Source: Mobula hypostoma (taxonomy: Eukaryota). Taken from it: DNA of 64,000 nucleotides. Position numbers and translations under genes: made by a program. The notes under the pieces are model-generated. The model was not told where the DNA came from. It did no database searches and saw only the letters and a list, made by a program, of their open reading frames with translations. The stretch covers positions 38,690,001 to 38,754,000 of the forward strand of contig NC_086097.1 of assembly GCF_963921235.1 (NCBI RefSeq). Direction: 5' to 3'. Positions 1 through 13,038 of this stretch are shown one piece after another. Position 1 is the stretch's first letter, and each line of letters opens with the position of its first letter.

Positions 1-299
1 CACGAAGCAGTGTTATTTCCTCCGTTTCTGTGAAAATGGTGATGTCGGAAAGCTACCCGTTGGTCATTATGGAGCAGATGTAGGCGTGGGAGGTGTTGCA
101 AGGATGAAGATCCAAATGACAACAGAAAAAACAAATAGGTTTTCAAGTTATCATATGAGTAGTTGAACATAAAATAATGCCTACTATAGACAGTTTGAAA
201 AATTGTGCATTCTCTTGTACGATATCATGTTTAGATTTAGCGCACAACAGTGATTGGTTTACTAATTCTGAATGGAAGACCGATAAATGTTTGGAATAG

Positions 300-1725
300 G
301 AATGCAGCAGATCTAATAACGGTGGCAGGGTATGAGAAATAAGGGATGAGCGAGCCTGTGGAAAACGACGCAGATATCTACACGTAACCGTATAAATCCT
401 ACCATTGCGTTGACTTGTCTTCACGTCGGGGCTGATTTTACTTTACTCCACAGCGTAAACAGTTGGTGTATCATTGCGTTTGATACGCCCACGATTTAGT
501 AACTTTTGGAAGACATCTTCCGTAGAAAATAAACAAACCAGTCCTCAGCCCCTCCCAGTTTTTATTTGATTCCCTGTTTTCTGTCCCCTCTCCTTTGTTC
601 TCAGTGTAACGCTAAAGGCTCGCTCGGCGTGAGCGGTGGCTGCAGGATAAGTCCGCCACCTGGCATAACCTTATTAACATTCCGGGCAGGTTTGAAAGCT
701 CAGGAATACCGATTGCGGCGCAGTGCGATTAAGTAATGTAAAATGCAGTCACCAGTTGAATCTACAAATGACATCAACAATGATTTCATACCACTCGTCT
801 GCCTTACACTTTTTTTTTCCACGAGAGCCACGCCCGAACCGAGATAATATAGTTTATGAGCATAACCTGCGCTTTAAAACATTCATTATGTCGTGCTGTG
901 TTCAGATAAGAATACGGGCTTTTAAAGTTGAAATTATTCAAATATATAAATGAACCGACACAGATGTTGTTACACATAGTCTGTAACATCGTGAGGAGTA
1001 TGCATAATATAGGCGTCTGCACTTGGCAGATGGTGGAGTGTTACAACGGGTTCTTGTGGGACAAACGCATGGACTCTGATTCCAAATTTATGCTTATGCA
1101 TACGTTTTCCGCGTAGGAACGAATGGTAGAATACACAGTTTACACGGTACAGAAACCGTGGTGTAAACAATCGTGGCCGCCTTAGAATCCTTCCCAAGCT
1201 GCCTCCTGCTGCCGCCCCTACCCGCTTTGTGTAGAGAGCGTTTGACGAGGTGGCTGTTGCCTGCCGCAGGACATTGCCATGTGCCGAGAAACCGAGCGCG
1301 ACTTCGACTCACAACTCCACCTAACAACACGATACCACCACACATAGCCTCCATCTCCAGCCATGAAGAGTGTGTTCCGCAACCCAGCCACTTCGGAAAC
1401 AAGATCTGCTATTTTCTGCAAAGATGATATACTTCTATTCAAAAAGAGAGAAAAATACATGTAACAGGCAGACGCTTGCAATTTTCTCTGCAGCGTGAGA
1501 CCCTTCACGCAGGAACCGTTCCTGCTGTTACGAGCCTCAGCCTGAACGTGGTTTATGAGTTTTGCTTTATATTCATTTTATTTATGTTATCGGCTTGGTT
1601 GGAATAAAGCACGCATACGTAAAATGTTGACTCCAAAGGATGGTCCTTCCTGTTAAATAGGCGCATTCAGAATAACTGGCTGCAATTTTCGGATGCAAGA
1701 AAAGGCAAGGTTTTGGCGATCTAAG
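300..1725 (+). promoter_or_regulatory. CpG-retaining promoter/5' UTR region of kcnk10
   Basis: No recognisable transposons. CpG dinucleotides are visibly frequent (e.g. 617-722, 1173-1380) compared with the CpG-depleted introns, and the region lies directly upstream of exon 1. The TSS cannot be located. Confidence 0.55.
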
Positions 1726-1777
1726 ATGAAATTTCCAATAGAACCGTCACGAAAGCACACTAATTGTGAGCCACCAG
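1726..1777 (+). CDS. kcnk10: kcnk10 coding exon 1 (MKFPIE-type N-terminus)
   Basis: ATG at 1726 reads MKFPIEPSRKHTNCEPP+G, resembling the mammalian TREK-2 alternative N-terminus MKFPIETPRKQVNWDPK. It ends at a phase-1 donor CAG|gtttgt that joins exon 2 in frame. Too short for the ORF track. Confidence 0.9.
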
Positions 1778-3648
1778 GTTTGTATCTGTAACGCAATATA
1801 AATATATATATATGTGGTGAGTGTGTCATCAGCATTTTAGTTTCGTGAATTCAGTTATGTTTGTCCATAGAGTTGATCTTGTTCTTATATCATTAACTGT
1901 ATTTATGTGTAAGTAAATCGATGGGAAATTGCGTGAAAATGAAATTATTGTCCCCAAATAGCCAAGCGATTTCTTCATTTCATCGATATTCACGTCCAGA
2001 TGAGGATCTACATCTGGATCCTTGCAGTAATTATTTTGTGAGGGATATGCTGCACTGTTAACTGAGCAGTTATATCGTGCCGTCCAACAGTACGTCTCGA
2101 ATCTCCATAGAAGGTGTAATTCTGAATATGTAAATCTTTAATCCTACCGGAATGCTTACTGAGAACATTATTTTACTCGCACTTTTTCTCTGTTTAATCA
2201 ATCAATTCTTTTGATTCCCTCGCGTAGCTCCGACCTGGTGTTTTTTTTTGTTGGATGTATCGGGTCGCCACAGCGAAAAGACCCGCAGTGTGGTGCGGAA
2301 AAGAAGAATCAAAAAGCATTGAGAAAAAGAAACTACTATGTAGATTGCTACTAAGACTATAATTCTTAGAGAATTAAAATGGAGCGTTGAAATATTTATC
2401 TCTATTAAACCTCTCTCAGACATTTCCCCATTCGCTATCCCATCTTGCAGTCTGGTTGAACAGCAATTGACGCGTAGTTTGAAAACTGTTCCTTCCTTAC
2501 CGCATCCAGAATATACACTCACAACATTTTCAAAGCATTGGTTCAACAATATACTCGCTAAGAGCTGTATACCGCCTGAATGCAAATCAGATAATATTAA
2601 CCTATAGCCTGTTCTGTTACTGCCGTCATACCAACCAATTGTCAAAAGCTCGTAGACACCAAATCCTTGAAGTATTTTTGTAAATTTGCAGACATCATTA
2701 GAAATTTAATGCAAATATCCCGACCGATTTTTGGATTAAAATCTTGTTAATGAGTTGGTTATCCCTTTTTTTAGATAATGCTTGGCCACCGAGTATATCA
2801 CTTTGCCACAATAACAACCACGTTATAATTCGTTACATGCAAAATAAATTGCAGGGAAATCGATCGTTTCCGGTAACCCTACACATTATCAGTTTCTGCT
2901 AATGCAGTTAATGCTTCTGGTTCCAGTCACTCTCATAAAAATGTATCAATGGTGAGCAGAATGAATACTAAAGTTATGATTTGTCACTGTGTATTAGCAA
3001 GGCGTTAACTCTCGATAAGAGAGTAACAGTAAATAAACATTTGATGTAGTTCGTTGTGGTTGACTTGTTTTAAGTAACTTTATAACTTAAGCAGATACGC
3101 TGGTGTGGGGTGAGGGGAGGAAGTTAAGCGTTTGAATGCTGGACCATGGCGGCACTGTCACCTTTAATATAGTTTGACGGTTCCATTTACTTTACAACTT
3201 AAGGCAGATTGCCCCTCTCCGGGGTCTAGAAATGTAACCTGACACAACCACAGGTCGTCAATTATGGGAATGGAACACCATGATGTCACCATCGCCAGGA
3301 AGGGGCATTGGCTTGCGATCTGTTTAAAACTGAGAAAAATACTACTACAACAATGGGAACGCTTATGCATGACACGACTGCACTGAACAAACTTTAAAAG
3401 GCCGAGTTACTTGCGAATGAAACAGTGGGCGTTTCACCAATCCGCACTCCTCCAGAGAACATCCTGGTCACAAGGTCAGACTCGGAAGGAAAATATGAAG
3501 TTAGTATGTATCTTAAATTGGTGTCAGATTGCTGCTTATGATGTACCCTGAATTGGTATCAGATTGCTAGATAAAGCGGCAGATAACTTTTGTTATTGTT
3601 TTCAGTTTATCCTGGGGTCGGAGTTATGCTTCACAATTTTTGTTTCAG

Positions 3649-3971
3649 CGGCTGTTCCATCCACTGTGCAAGCCTGTGACTCAAAGACCAACGGGCACTA
3701 CCCCGTGTCCAGGTTGTCGATCTCCTCCCGAACCACGGTGATAGCTAGCATGGACAGTTGCCCCCAGACATCGCCTACAGTCATGAAGTGGAAGACAGTG
3801 CTGGCCATTTTCGTGGTGGTTGTGGTTTACCTGGTGATCGGGGGCACGATCTTTAGAGCTCTAGAAAAACCTTTCGAAAGCAAGCAGAAGGATAAGATCG
3901 CGGAGGAGAAATCCAAATTTCTTCGAAATCACCCATGTGTGAACTCCGGGGAGGTTGATGAGCTGATTGAG
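3649..3971 (+). CDS. kcnk10: kcnk10 exon 2 (N-terminus, M1, cap helices)
   Basis: Acceptor tttttgtttcag|CG, donor GAG|gtaagg. Encodes [56 protein letters not shown], with the cap cysteine retained. Confidence 0.97.
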
Positions 3972-4389
3972 GTAAGGACAGCCGTGTGCTGAGGTTCAAC
4001 TTCGTGTATCCCGTGAACGAGTTTGCTCACTTCAGCGTTCCATAGCAAAACGAATATCGATTCAGGAGAGCGCGCGGCGGGTTTTGATGAAGTATCGCGA
4101 TTTATCCCGGTAGTCATTGAGAAATAAATTCGATTTGCCTTTTTTTTACCTGCACGATCAATCACCTTGATTCCCAAATAAGCATTAACAGAAGTTCAAA
4201 CACCAAGGTTTGTCATGTAAATGCTGTTACAATGGCTTTTATTTAAGTATTTATGGCGCTCATGCATAAATGCAGAAAGGTGTAGAAATAAGAACAAGTA
4301 ATAACTTGCTCTTGCTTTTCTATGGACTGGTGGTCTCCGGGGCACTCCCAAACAACGCGCGCAGATGATTTACGAATCTAGACTTTGGG

Positions 4390-4640
4390 TTAAATGAACA
4401 GAAACAGGAGTAGGCCATTAGGTCCCTCTCGCCTTCTCCTACAATCAATAACGTCATGGCTCGTCTGTTATCCCAACGCCACTTTCCTGCCCTAACCCCG
4501 CAAATTCATTGATTCCCCGAGTATCGAAACAATCGTCAAACTCTGTCCAGAATACATTCAGCCACTGATCTCCACTGCCCTCTTGGATAGTGAATTACAA
4601 AGATCATTATTCTCTGGGTGAAGAGGCTCCTTTCAGTTAT
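4390..4640 (-). mobile_element. old CR1 LINE 3' end fragment
   Basis: 'agaaacaggagtaggccatt...' matches the reverse complement of the CR1 tails seen elsewhere (18100, 24850). Confidence 0.6.
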
Positions 4641-4659
4641 TGAACAGTTGAATCCATGT

Positions 4660-6190
4660 TTCAGAATCGGAATCAGGTTTAATATTACTGACGTATGTCC
4701 TTTTGCGGCAGCGGTACTTTACAGTACATTATATTTTTTAAGAAACTATAAATTACAATAGGAATTATATTAAAGATTTAAATTTTGTAAGCAGTGCTAC
4801 AAAGAGAACAAAATAATAATGAGGTAGTGTTTATGAGTTCATTGTCCATTCAGAAATCTGACGGTGGACGGTGAATTTGTTCCTGAAATGTTGAGTGTGT
4901 GTCTTCCTTGATGTTAGAAATGAGAAGAGGGCATGTCCTGGATGCTGGGGGTCCTTAATGCCGGAAGCCGCCTTTTTGAGGTATTGTCCTTAGAAGGTGT
5001 CCTGGATGAAAAATTTGTGAGTGTCTTAGTGATATCCTAAGTATCCTGTAAATCCTAATGAAATATTGCTGACGCTGTGCCTTCTTTGTAATTGCATTAA
5101 TACGTTGGACCCAGGATAGGTCTTTAGAGATGTTGGCACCCAGGAACTTGAAATTGCTCACCCTTTCCATCGCTGATCCCTCAATTAGGTTTGGTGTGTG
5201 TTTCCCCACCTTCTGAGGTCCACTATTAATTCCTTGGTCTTACTGAGGTTGAATGCAAGGTTGTTGTTACCACACTGCTCAATCAGCTGATCTATCTCGT
5301 TTCTGTATGCCTCCTCATCACCATCTGAAATTGTTGTGTCTTCAGCAAATTTATAGATGGCATTTGAGCTGTGCCTAGCCACACAGTGGTGAGTGTAGGG
5401 AGAGTAGAGCAGTGGGCTAAGCACACATCCTTGGGGTGTGCGACTTCTGATTGTCACTGAGGAGGAGGTGTTAGTTCCAATCCGCACCTGATTGTGATCT
5501 CCCAGTGAAGAGGTCAAGGATTCATTTGCAGAGTGAGGCCCAGGTGTTGGAGCTTGTTGATTAGTACTGAGAGTATAATTGTGTTGAATGCTGAGCTGTA
5601 ATCAATAAATAGCAGCCTGAAGGTGGGTATTACTATTAACCAGGTGATCCGAAGCCAAGTGAGATTGAATCTGTTGCAGACCTGTTGTGGTGGTAAGTAA
5701 ATTGCAGTGGATCTAGGTCCTTGCCTAGACTATGACTAACCTCTCAAAGCACTTCATCACAACAAATACAAGTGCAGCTAGGCAATAGACATTGAGGCAG
5801 CTCACCCTGCTCTTCTTGGGCATTGGTATGACTGTCACCCTTTTGAAGCAGGTAGAAACTTCCAGCTGCAGCAGTGAGAGGTTAGAGATTCCCTTCAACA
5901 CTCCCCCAGTTGGTTAGTACAGGTTTTCAATGCCCCACCAGGTACACCATCAGGACTTGACACCTTTCAAGGGTTCACCCTCTTGAAAGATGTTCTGATA
6001 TCGAACTCCAAGACAGAAATCACAGGGTCACAAGATGCTGCAAGGTTTTGCCACGTAGTTTTATTCTCCCTTTCAATGCATGCATAAAAGGCATTGAGCT
6101 CATCTGGGACTGAAGCATCATAGCCATTCATGATGGTAGGTTTCACTTTGTAGGACTGAATAACCTACAAACCCCGCCTGAGCTGATGTT
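4660..6190 (-). mobile_element. Rex1/Babar-type LINE, 5'-truncated, decayed
   Basis: Minus ORFs [20 protein letters not shown] and ERVSNFKFLG; (AGAATC)-type tail at 4662. Confidence 0.85.
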
Positions 6191-7950
6191 GACTCCTGAG
6201 ATGTTTTGAGGTATGGCCTCCTGGATCTAGATATAGCAGATATGGGATACATTATTCTTGTATCTATAGTGTCAACCAATCCCCCCATCTCTTAAACACA
6301 CAATCACCACCAGTAAGAAGGACAAAGGGTGTCTTATTTTGATGGGAATGTGTGAACAATAGTGCAGATGGTTGTTTGATAATCAGCATTGACTGGTAAA
6401 CCAAAGCAACTGTTTTCACTCTCTACAACTCCATGACATTATGACTGAATAGGTGAACCCTGATTATGATGGTTTGCTTTCATGCCTGTTCTGTGTGTTT
6501 TGAAATAGTTAACAAGGCCAATGCAGCCTGTAGACTTTTATCACAAATGGGACAGAATGTGCTTTTTATTGGGTGGGTAGTTTGGGTGATGGTGTCTCCC
6601 TTCCACTTCAGAATACCCCTGATGACTGGACCCAGAGTTATCAGTGCCATCTCAAATGCCCCTACTCAACCTGAATGGCCATGGGTCAAAGAATCCCAGG
6701 AGTTGGTAGGAATACTTCATTTTCTTTTAAGCAGTCTTTGAGAACATCCTTGAATCATTCTTGTGACAGCATGATAATCTCTTCCCATGATAGAGCTCAG
6801 AAATATTATTTGTTCAAGGAATCTGCTGCTGAACATGCAAATTGCAAGCACATGTCCAACAGCGTTTCCACTGGATGTAATTAGATCTTCAGTGCAAGGG
6901 ATATTAGCGTGGGAGAGGATGCTGAAAGCTGGTTTGGTTAACCTGGGAGTGGATTTGAAGGATTTTTCAAAAACTGCATGTTGGTTATTCTGAGTCTCCA
7001 ATGTATATGAGAAGGCAGGGATTGCTATCATCTGGTAGACTATAAATTATGTTCCATATATAAAGTCATGATCTTTGAACACCCTTTTCTTTAGGTGGCA
7101 GAAGTCTGTGCAAATGTTTTGAGGTTAGTGCTAAATTCCATCACCTGGGAGTGGCATTGATAGTGGGGATTGTCTGCTAAAGGGTGTACATAGAAAGAAT
7201 TCAGGGTCATGGGAATACCACCTACAGCAGGTTCCCATCAAAAACATGTCATCCTGCTTATAAATGTATCAATGTTCCTTCACAGCCCAAACCCCAAAAC
7301 TCTGGACCCAACACAATGTGAGAGTATCTTTACTAAAAGGAAAATAACTTTTCATGGTGGCTCAAACAATCTTTCTAAACTGAAACATCCGAGATTCCAG
7401 CATTTTACTTAATTCTACTTTTTGAGAGACAAGTTTGCTGAGGACAAGCATTGCAGAAGTTCCTTTTGTTCTTATGTAGTGCCTTAGAATCTCTAACTTG
7501 ATGGTGGTGGATTAAAGTTATGAAGTAGGTATATATGCAAATTTAGAAATAGTAATGCTTAATGAATTAGTAACCAAGTAGACATATTTAGCAAAATTAC
7601 AATTTTGGTGACTGATCATTAATAAAGAAATCTGTGATTTTTTTGAGGGATTTTTTCCATAACTTTGTTCCAGTTAACATCCACTATTGGAGAAATACCA
7701 AAATATAATCTTGATATATTTAATATATAAAAGCTTTACCTTTTATTTAGCAGTCATGAACACACTAAGGAAATTGACTGTGTTTAGTGAGGCACATTAA
7801 ACACAAGTACTATAGACAACCCATAAACTTAAATATTTTTACAGGATTAGCAGAGAGATGGCCATGCATCTGCATGATCTTAGCCTCAAAAATAATAGAG
7901 AGAGAGATAGAGATGCAATGTGTGTGTGTGTATATATATATCTATAGCTA

Positions 7951-8758
7951 TAGTGGATTCTGGTTAATTGGGACACGTCGGGTCCAGTACATTTTAGCCC
8001 AATTAAGCAGCTGTCCCAGTTAACCAAAGTTTCACAGAAATAATTAAAAAGTCATACGAAAGACAAACTGAGTAACAAATTATATATTTAAATGAAACAC
8101 AGAACAAATTAGAACCCTACCAATAGTACTACAGTACCATAAGATTGTGCATTAGTTTCTAATAGTTATCAACGGAGGAATTCATCCAATTACGCAATGA
8201 ACAAAGTCAGCGCAGACACACAGTGCAGATAATAGACTGCCTTCATAAAATGCTATCAACAATATCATCCGCCATATCTTCATTTTCATTGTAACATTCA
8301 AGATGATTGTTGATACCTCCAAATACTTTGTAGTTTTTAACTTGTTGAAATAGTAAAATCATTTCATTTTCACCACCGGTTGCTTCTGGCATCTCCAAGC
8401 CTGAATGCTTGAAACTGCAGTGAGCAAAACAGTTCCAAAGTGTTTTTGCTGCTTATTTCTCACCAAATATCAGAGACAAAAATCACTGCCATTTGAACAC
8501 TAACAAATGCAATTGAGGCTGTTTAAAAACTATCCGCTCGAAGCACGGTGCAGCATCTAATGGCCAAACAAATGCTCACAACTGATGCTAGTTAGAAGCT
8601 GTTCAGCAATAGTCTCCTGCCCCAATTAAGCAGCATACTTTCCCAAATAAACAAAGGAAATCCCCACAATTTTCACAATTAGTTTTTGTTTTTTAAGGAT
8701 TGTCCCCAATAAGCAGCTGCCCCGATTAACTGATTGCCCAATGAACTGGAATCCACTG
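7951..8758. mobile_element. pogo/Tigger-like non-autonomous DNA transposon, copy 1
   Basis: Terminal inverted repeats tagtggattctggttaattggg / cccaatgaactggaatccactg, preceded by TA. Internal cccaattaagcagctg repeats. Homologous along its length to 28271-29100. Confidence 0.8.
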
Positions 8759-8768
8759 GTAGTGTAGA

Positions 8769-8830
8769 GTATATATATGTATGTGTATATATATATATAT
8801 ATAATATATATATATATACACACACACACA
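8769..8830. repeat. (TA)n(CA)n microsatellite
   Basis: Directly visible dinucleotide runs. Confidence 0.9.
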
Positions 8831-9272
8831 GTCTGTTTTGATAAACCAGTAAACCCACACGTAGTCTGTTTCAATAAACCAGTTGTAATCAAACTTAATT
8901 TTGAATAGGCCTCTTAAATCATGAAAGATCATAGTCTTAAGTATGAGTGACCACAATTCGAATATACCAATTTAGAAGGATGGAAGCAAAACTATTCATA
9001 ACAATCCAAATCAGGAGCTGAAAATGTTTATAATAATTTCCTTCATGTCACATTACAGAGGCTTCACTTTGAAAGTACTATTCTTTTTTCAGTCTGACCA
9101 GAAAGGAGAAACTCAAAGTCCTACTTCATAGTTGGAACTCACAGGTGTATTCGGCTTAAATAATACATGTTAGACAACTCTTAGATTTCTTCTGGCATGA
9201 GTGTAAATTTATATTGCTACACTGTTGATTATTTTCTGGAAGTACAATGCACATACATTTGTTTCTTTTCAG

Positions 9273-9390
9273 CATGCAATTGAAGCTCTTGGTGCAGGAG
9301 TAAACCCTGTAGGTGACTCAACTGACAATACAAGTCATTGGGAACTTGGCAGTGCATTTTTCTTTGCTGGGACCGTGATAACTACTATAG
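9273..9390 (+). CDS. kcnk10: kcnk10 exon 3 (cap end, pore helix 1)
   Basis: Acceptor tttcttttcag|CAT, donor ATAG|gtaatt; 118 nt. Encodes [39 protein letters not shown](G). Not in the ORF track; translated by hand. Confidence 0.97.
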
Positions 9391-9924
9391 GTAATTTTCT
9401 TTAAAAAAATGTTACCAATATAATTGTATGCACGCAAACGTTTTCTGTGGATGTAAAGCTCTTTAGATACATTGTAATAGCTTACTCCTTTATCTATTAT
9501 CTTCTTGCTCGCAAATTCTATCAATATCACAGTTAAGTGTTAAAAGTAGAATTGTTCCAACTAATGGAGTTTAAGCAATAACAAAGTATATTCACTATGT
9601 TTCCTATTTTGAATAGTATCTAATCAATACATATCTGGAATAATTGTGACTTAAACTAATCAAAAGTAATCTTCTAATTCACGTTTTGAGTAAAGATTCC
9701 AATTCCAAATTGTTGCTTTTTATGAGCCACAATTTATGCTGAAGGCCACATCGCTGCACTGTAAAATGTTTCCATACACAATTAGATCGACAGATTTTCC
9801 CTGTTACCAATTTTTCTTTCCCATTTATCCATCTCGAACTAATTATCATCCTTGAATTTAATGTTGTTTAGTCAGATGGGATACGTGGGTGTGGAAACAT
9901 TTAGAATAACCAGCCCTACAAGAT

Positions 9925-10800
9925 TTAAGATTCAAGATTGTTTAATATCATTTTCTGAATGCAAGTGTAAAAGAGGATGAAATAATTATTACTCTGGATC
10001 TGATGCAGCACAAAAACCCCACAAAAGATAAAGAACACAATAAATATAAAGACATAAGATAACTTTATTACAAAGGTTAATTGTGGGTCTATAAATTGAC
10101 GTTGGGCTGTACATAAGGTGACTGACAAGAAATAATAAAGTAGTGGTGGAGTGTTGATCAGCCTTACTGCATGGGAAAAGTAACTGGTTTTGTGTTGGAT
10201 GGTCCTGGTGTGGATGCTACGTAGCCTCCTCCCTGATGGGAGTAGGTCAAGAAGTCCATGAGCAGGGTGGGTGAGATCCTTCATGATGTTACTGGCCCTT
10301 TCCCAACACCTTTCTGTATATATGTCCTTGATCGTGTGTAGGCTTGGTGCCGGTGATGCGTTGGGCAATATTGACTACCTGTTGTAGAGCTTCCAGTCTG
10401 CCACACTGCATTTTCCATACCAAACAGGATGCAGCTTGCTGGGATGCTCTCCACTGTACACATGTAGAACAATGAGAGTGTGATGTGCAAAGTCCAGCTC
10501 TCTTAAACTTACTCAGAAAGTAGAGGCATTGTTGAGTTTTCTTGACTGTGTAGGATGTGTTCTGGGACTGTGAGAGGCTGTGTGTGATGTGCACTCACAA
10601 GAGCATGAAATTGCTTGCAGTTTCCACTGCTGTGCCACCAATGTAGAGAGGGATGTGTGAGTGTTGCAAGTTCTCCTGAAGCCGAGAACCATCTCTGTTG
10701 TCTTGTTGACATTAAGGAAGAGGTTATTTGCCTGGCACCAGACCTAGAGCTCTTCCACCTCCTCTCTGTAGGCCTTCTTATCTTTGTTGCTGATGAGCCC
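9925..10800 (-). mobile_element. Rex1/Babar-type LINE 3' part (second family, ttcaaga tail)
   Basis: Minus ORFs VKKTQQCLYFLSKFKRAGL and DLTHPAHGLLDLLPSGRRLRSI, a typical RT C-terminus. Confidence 0.8.
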
Positions 10801-11264
10801 CAATGAATCGCACCATCTGCATTTGTTTTACCTGTTCTTCATGCAAAATGGTTATACAATTATTTGGTAGTTGTTACTCTATTCCCAACTAGCTGAGCAA
10901 GTCACCTTGTAGCCTTTCCCATCGTGCTTGTTTGATACACCTTACAACCTGATAGGAGACAAATATAGCCCTTTGCTAAATGAGACCTGTGCATTTGATG
11001 AATATTTAGTATCTTATTTTAAATGTATCCGGATGTCAGAAGCATCTGAGAACTATTAAAAGTAATAAACATTTAAAAATAATTGATGAAATTGTGAAAT
11101 AAATCTTAAAGATGTAAAAATTATGCTACGTAAAACACCTAAAAACTTTTAAATAATTAGAAACATGGAACAGAATTGTTGAACTTGTTGAATAAAACAT
11201 TTTACCTGGCAATCTCAATTGAAATCATTGCATCATATTCCACTTGACGCAGGATCTCAAAATC

Positions 11265-11985
11265 ATGATCAGAATCAGGTTTAATATCAGTGATTTATAC
11301 CATGAAATTTGTTGTTTTGTGGCAGCAGTACATTGCAATACATAGTAATAGAAACTATAAATTACAATAAGAAGTTTATATATAAATTAAAATTAAATAA
11401 TTAATTCAAATTAAATTTTAAAAAGAGAGGAAAAATACTGAGGTAATGTTCATGGGTTCATTGTCCATTCAGAAATCTCATGGCAGAGGGGAAGAAACTG
11501 TTCCTGAGTGTATGTCTTCCGGCTCCTGTACCTCCTCCTTGATGGTAAAATGAGAAGAGGGCATGTCCTGGGTGATGGGAGTTACTAATGATGGACGCTG
11601 CCTTTTTGATGCATCGCCTTTTGAAGGTGTTCTGGATGCTGGGGTGGCTGAGTTTACAACTTTCAGCGGCATATTTTGACCCTGTGCAGTGGCCTTCCCA
11701 TACCAAGCGGTGATGCAGCTAGTTAGAATGCTCTCCACAGTACATCTGTAGAAATTTGGAAGTGTCTTTGGTGACATACCAAATCTCCTCAAACTCCAAA
11801 TGAAATATAGTTGTTGTTATGCCTTCTTTGTAATTGCATCAATATGTTGGGACCAGGTTAGATCCTCAGAGATATTGACACCCAGGAACTTGAAACTGCT
11901 CACCCTCTCCACTTCTGATTCCTTGGTCAGGACTGGTGTGTGTTTCCTCAACTTCCCCTTCCTGAAGTCCACAATCAATTCCTCT
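11265..11985 (-). mobile_element. Rex1/Babar-type LINE 3' fragment
   Basis: RRFGMSPKTLPNFYRCTVESILTSCITAWYG; agaatcagg tail. Confidence 0.85.
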
Positions 11986-12821
11986 GGGAGTTGATTCCCA
12001 ATGTTGTTAGTAATGTGCTAAGGAATAATTACCTTTCTGGCTCTAAAATAACTAATTTTACATCCATGGATTGGAATTTCCTCAGATAACAATCTCAAAC
12101 TGTAAAGAAATTTAAAATAGTATTAATTATGCTTCCCATTTTTAAAAACTTTGAGGTATGGTAGCAGTTTCTGCCTTGATTTCACATGGAAGTTAATGTT
12201 TTTATTTTTCTCTTTGTGAAGTGCTTAAAATACTTGTTCAGGTTGGTCTTTTGGCCCTATGATTTACTATTCGTGAGAGGTCTTCTAATTGTTTGGGTAC
12301 TTAGCTAGTTTTTTGTTGACAACATTGTTGCTGCGTGCTAGGTATCCTCTCAAACTGATGCCTGACAGCAGATGATGCAAAAGAAAGGGAAGCCCACACA
12401 ACAGAGTTTAAACATTCTTTTTGGAAGAATTCTTTCAATCAGTAGTGAACACATTTGCAAACATCTAAGCCGTGGCTTGTCTCAAACAATGGGATGGATT
12501 GAATTCAAATTGAAATTTTAATGTAACATCTTATCAATAGAGAAACAGGAAAATCTTGTTCTTGCTTCTGCCAATACAAGGGGCTAACATTTTCAAAGAG
12601 GTTGTCAGTGAAATAGCACTCTTGGTTAGTGTGAATTAAATTATTAATCCTTTTGAATGTTCAGATATATTTCCTCGCATGAAAGTTTAGCAGCATCCAC
12701 ATGACTGCTTTATTATGAAAGACAAAACTAATTTTAAGCAACATTCAGAAAATGTCAGAGGAACTCAGCAAAGTCAGCAAATGCCTGACTTGCTGAGTTC
12801 CTCTGACATTTTGTGTGTGTG

Positions 12822-13038
12822 AAGAAGAAGAAGAAAGCCCTTAACTCCAAGTGGAGTCATTGAGATGCTGTCATGATGGTGCTTCTTTAGCAGGCTTTCT
12901 TATTTTTACGAGGCCAAGTCGCTAGCTTGATGCTCAACCCAGCACAGATGGAAAGCGGGCAAGGGAGCCAGCTGGATTCAAACTCAGGAGCCTTCGCTCC
13001 AAAGTCCGGCGCTGATGCCACTACGCCACCAGTTGGCT
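12822..13038 (-). mobile_element. tRNA-derived SINE with (CTT)n tail and 15-bp TSD
   Basis: On the minus strand, A-box TGGCGTAGTGG and B-box-like GTTTGAATCC. Flanked by the direct repeat cattttgtgtgtgtg (12807-12821, 13039-13053). Inserted in a Penelope terminal-repeat hairpin element (about 12740-13090). Confidence 0.85.

Noticed and set aside
272..335. ATG GAA GAC (MED...) in phase with a good donor CAGG|gtatga, resembling the mammalian MEDGF first exon
   Set aside because: Three in-frame stops lie between ATG and donor and the similarity is only 3 residues. At most a non-coding exon, and unsupported.
3564..3648. 5' extension of ORF 3564-3992 as the kcnk10 N-terminus
   Set aside because: Starts at TTG, has no TREK similarity and contains the polypyrimidine tract and acceptor, so it is intronic read-through.
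12960..13035. tRNA gene-like A/B boxes (also at 47400-47470 and 51690-51730)
   Set aside because: Embedded in SINE bodies with tails or TSDs; no complete cloverleaf.
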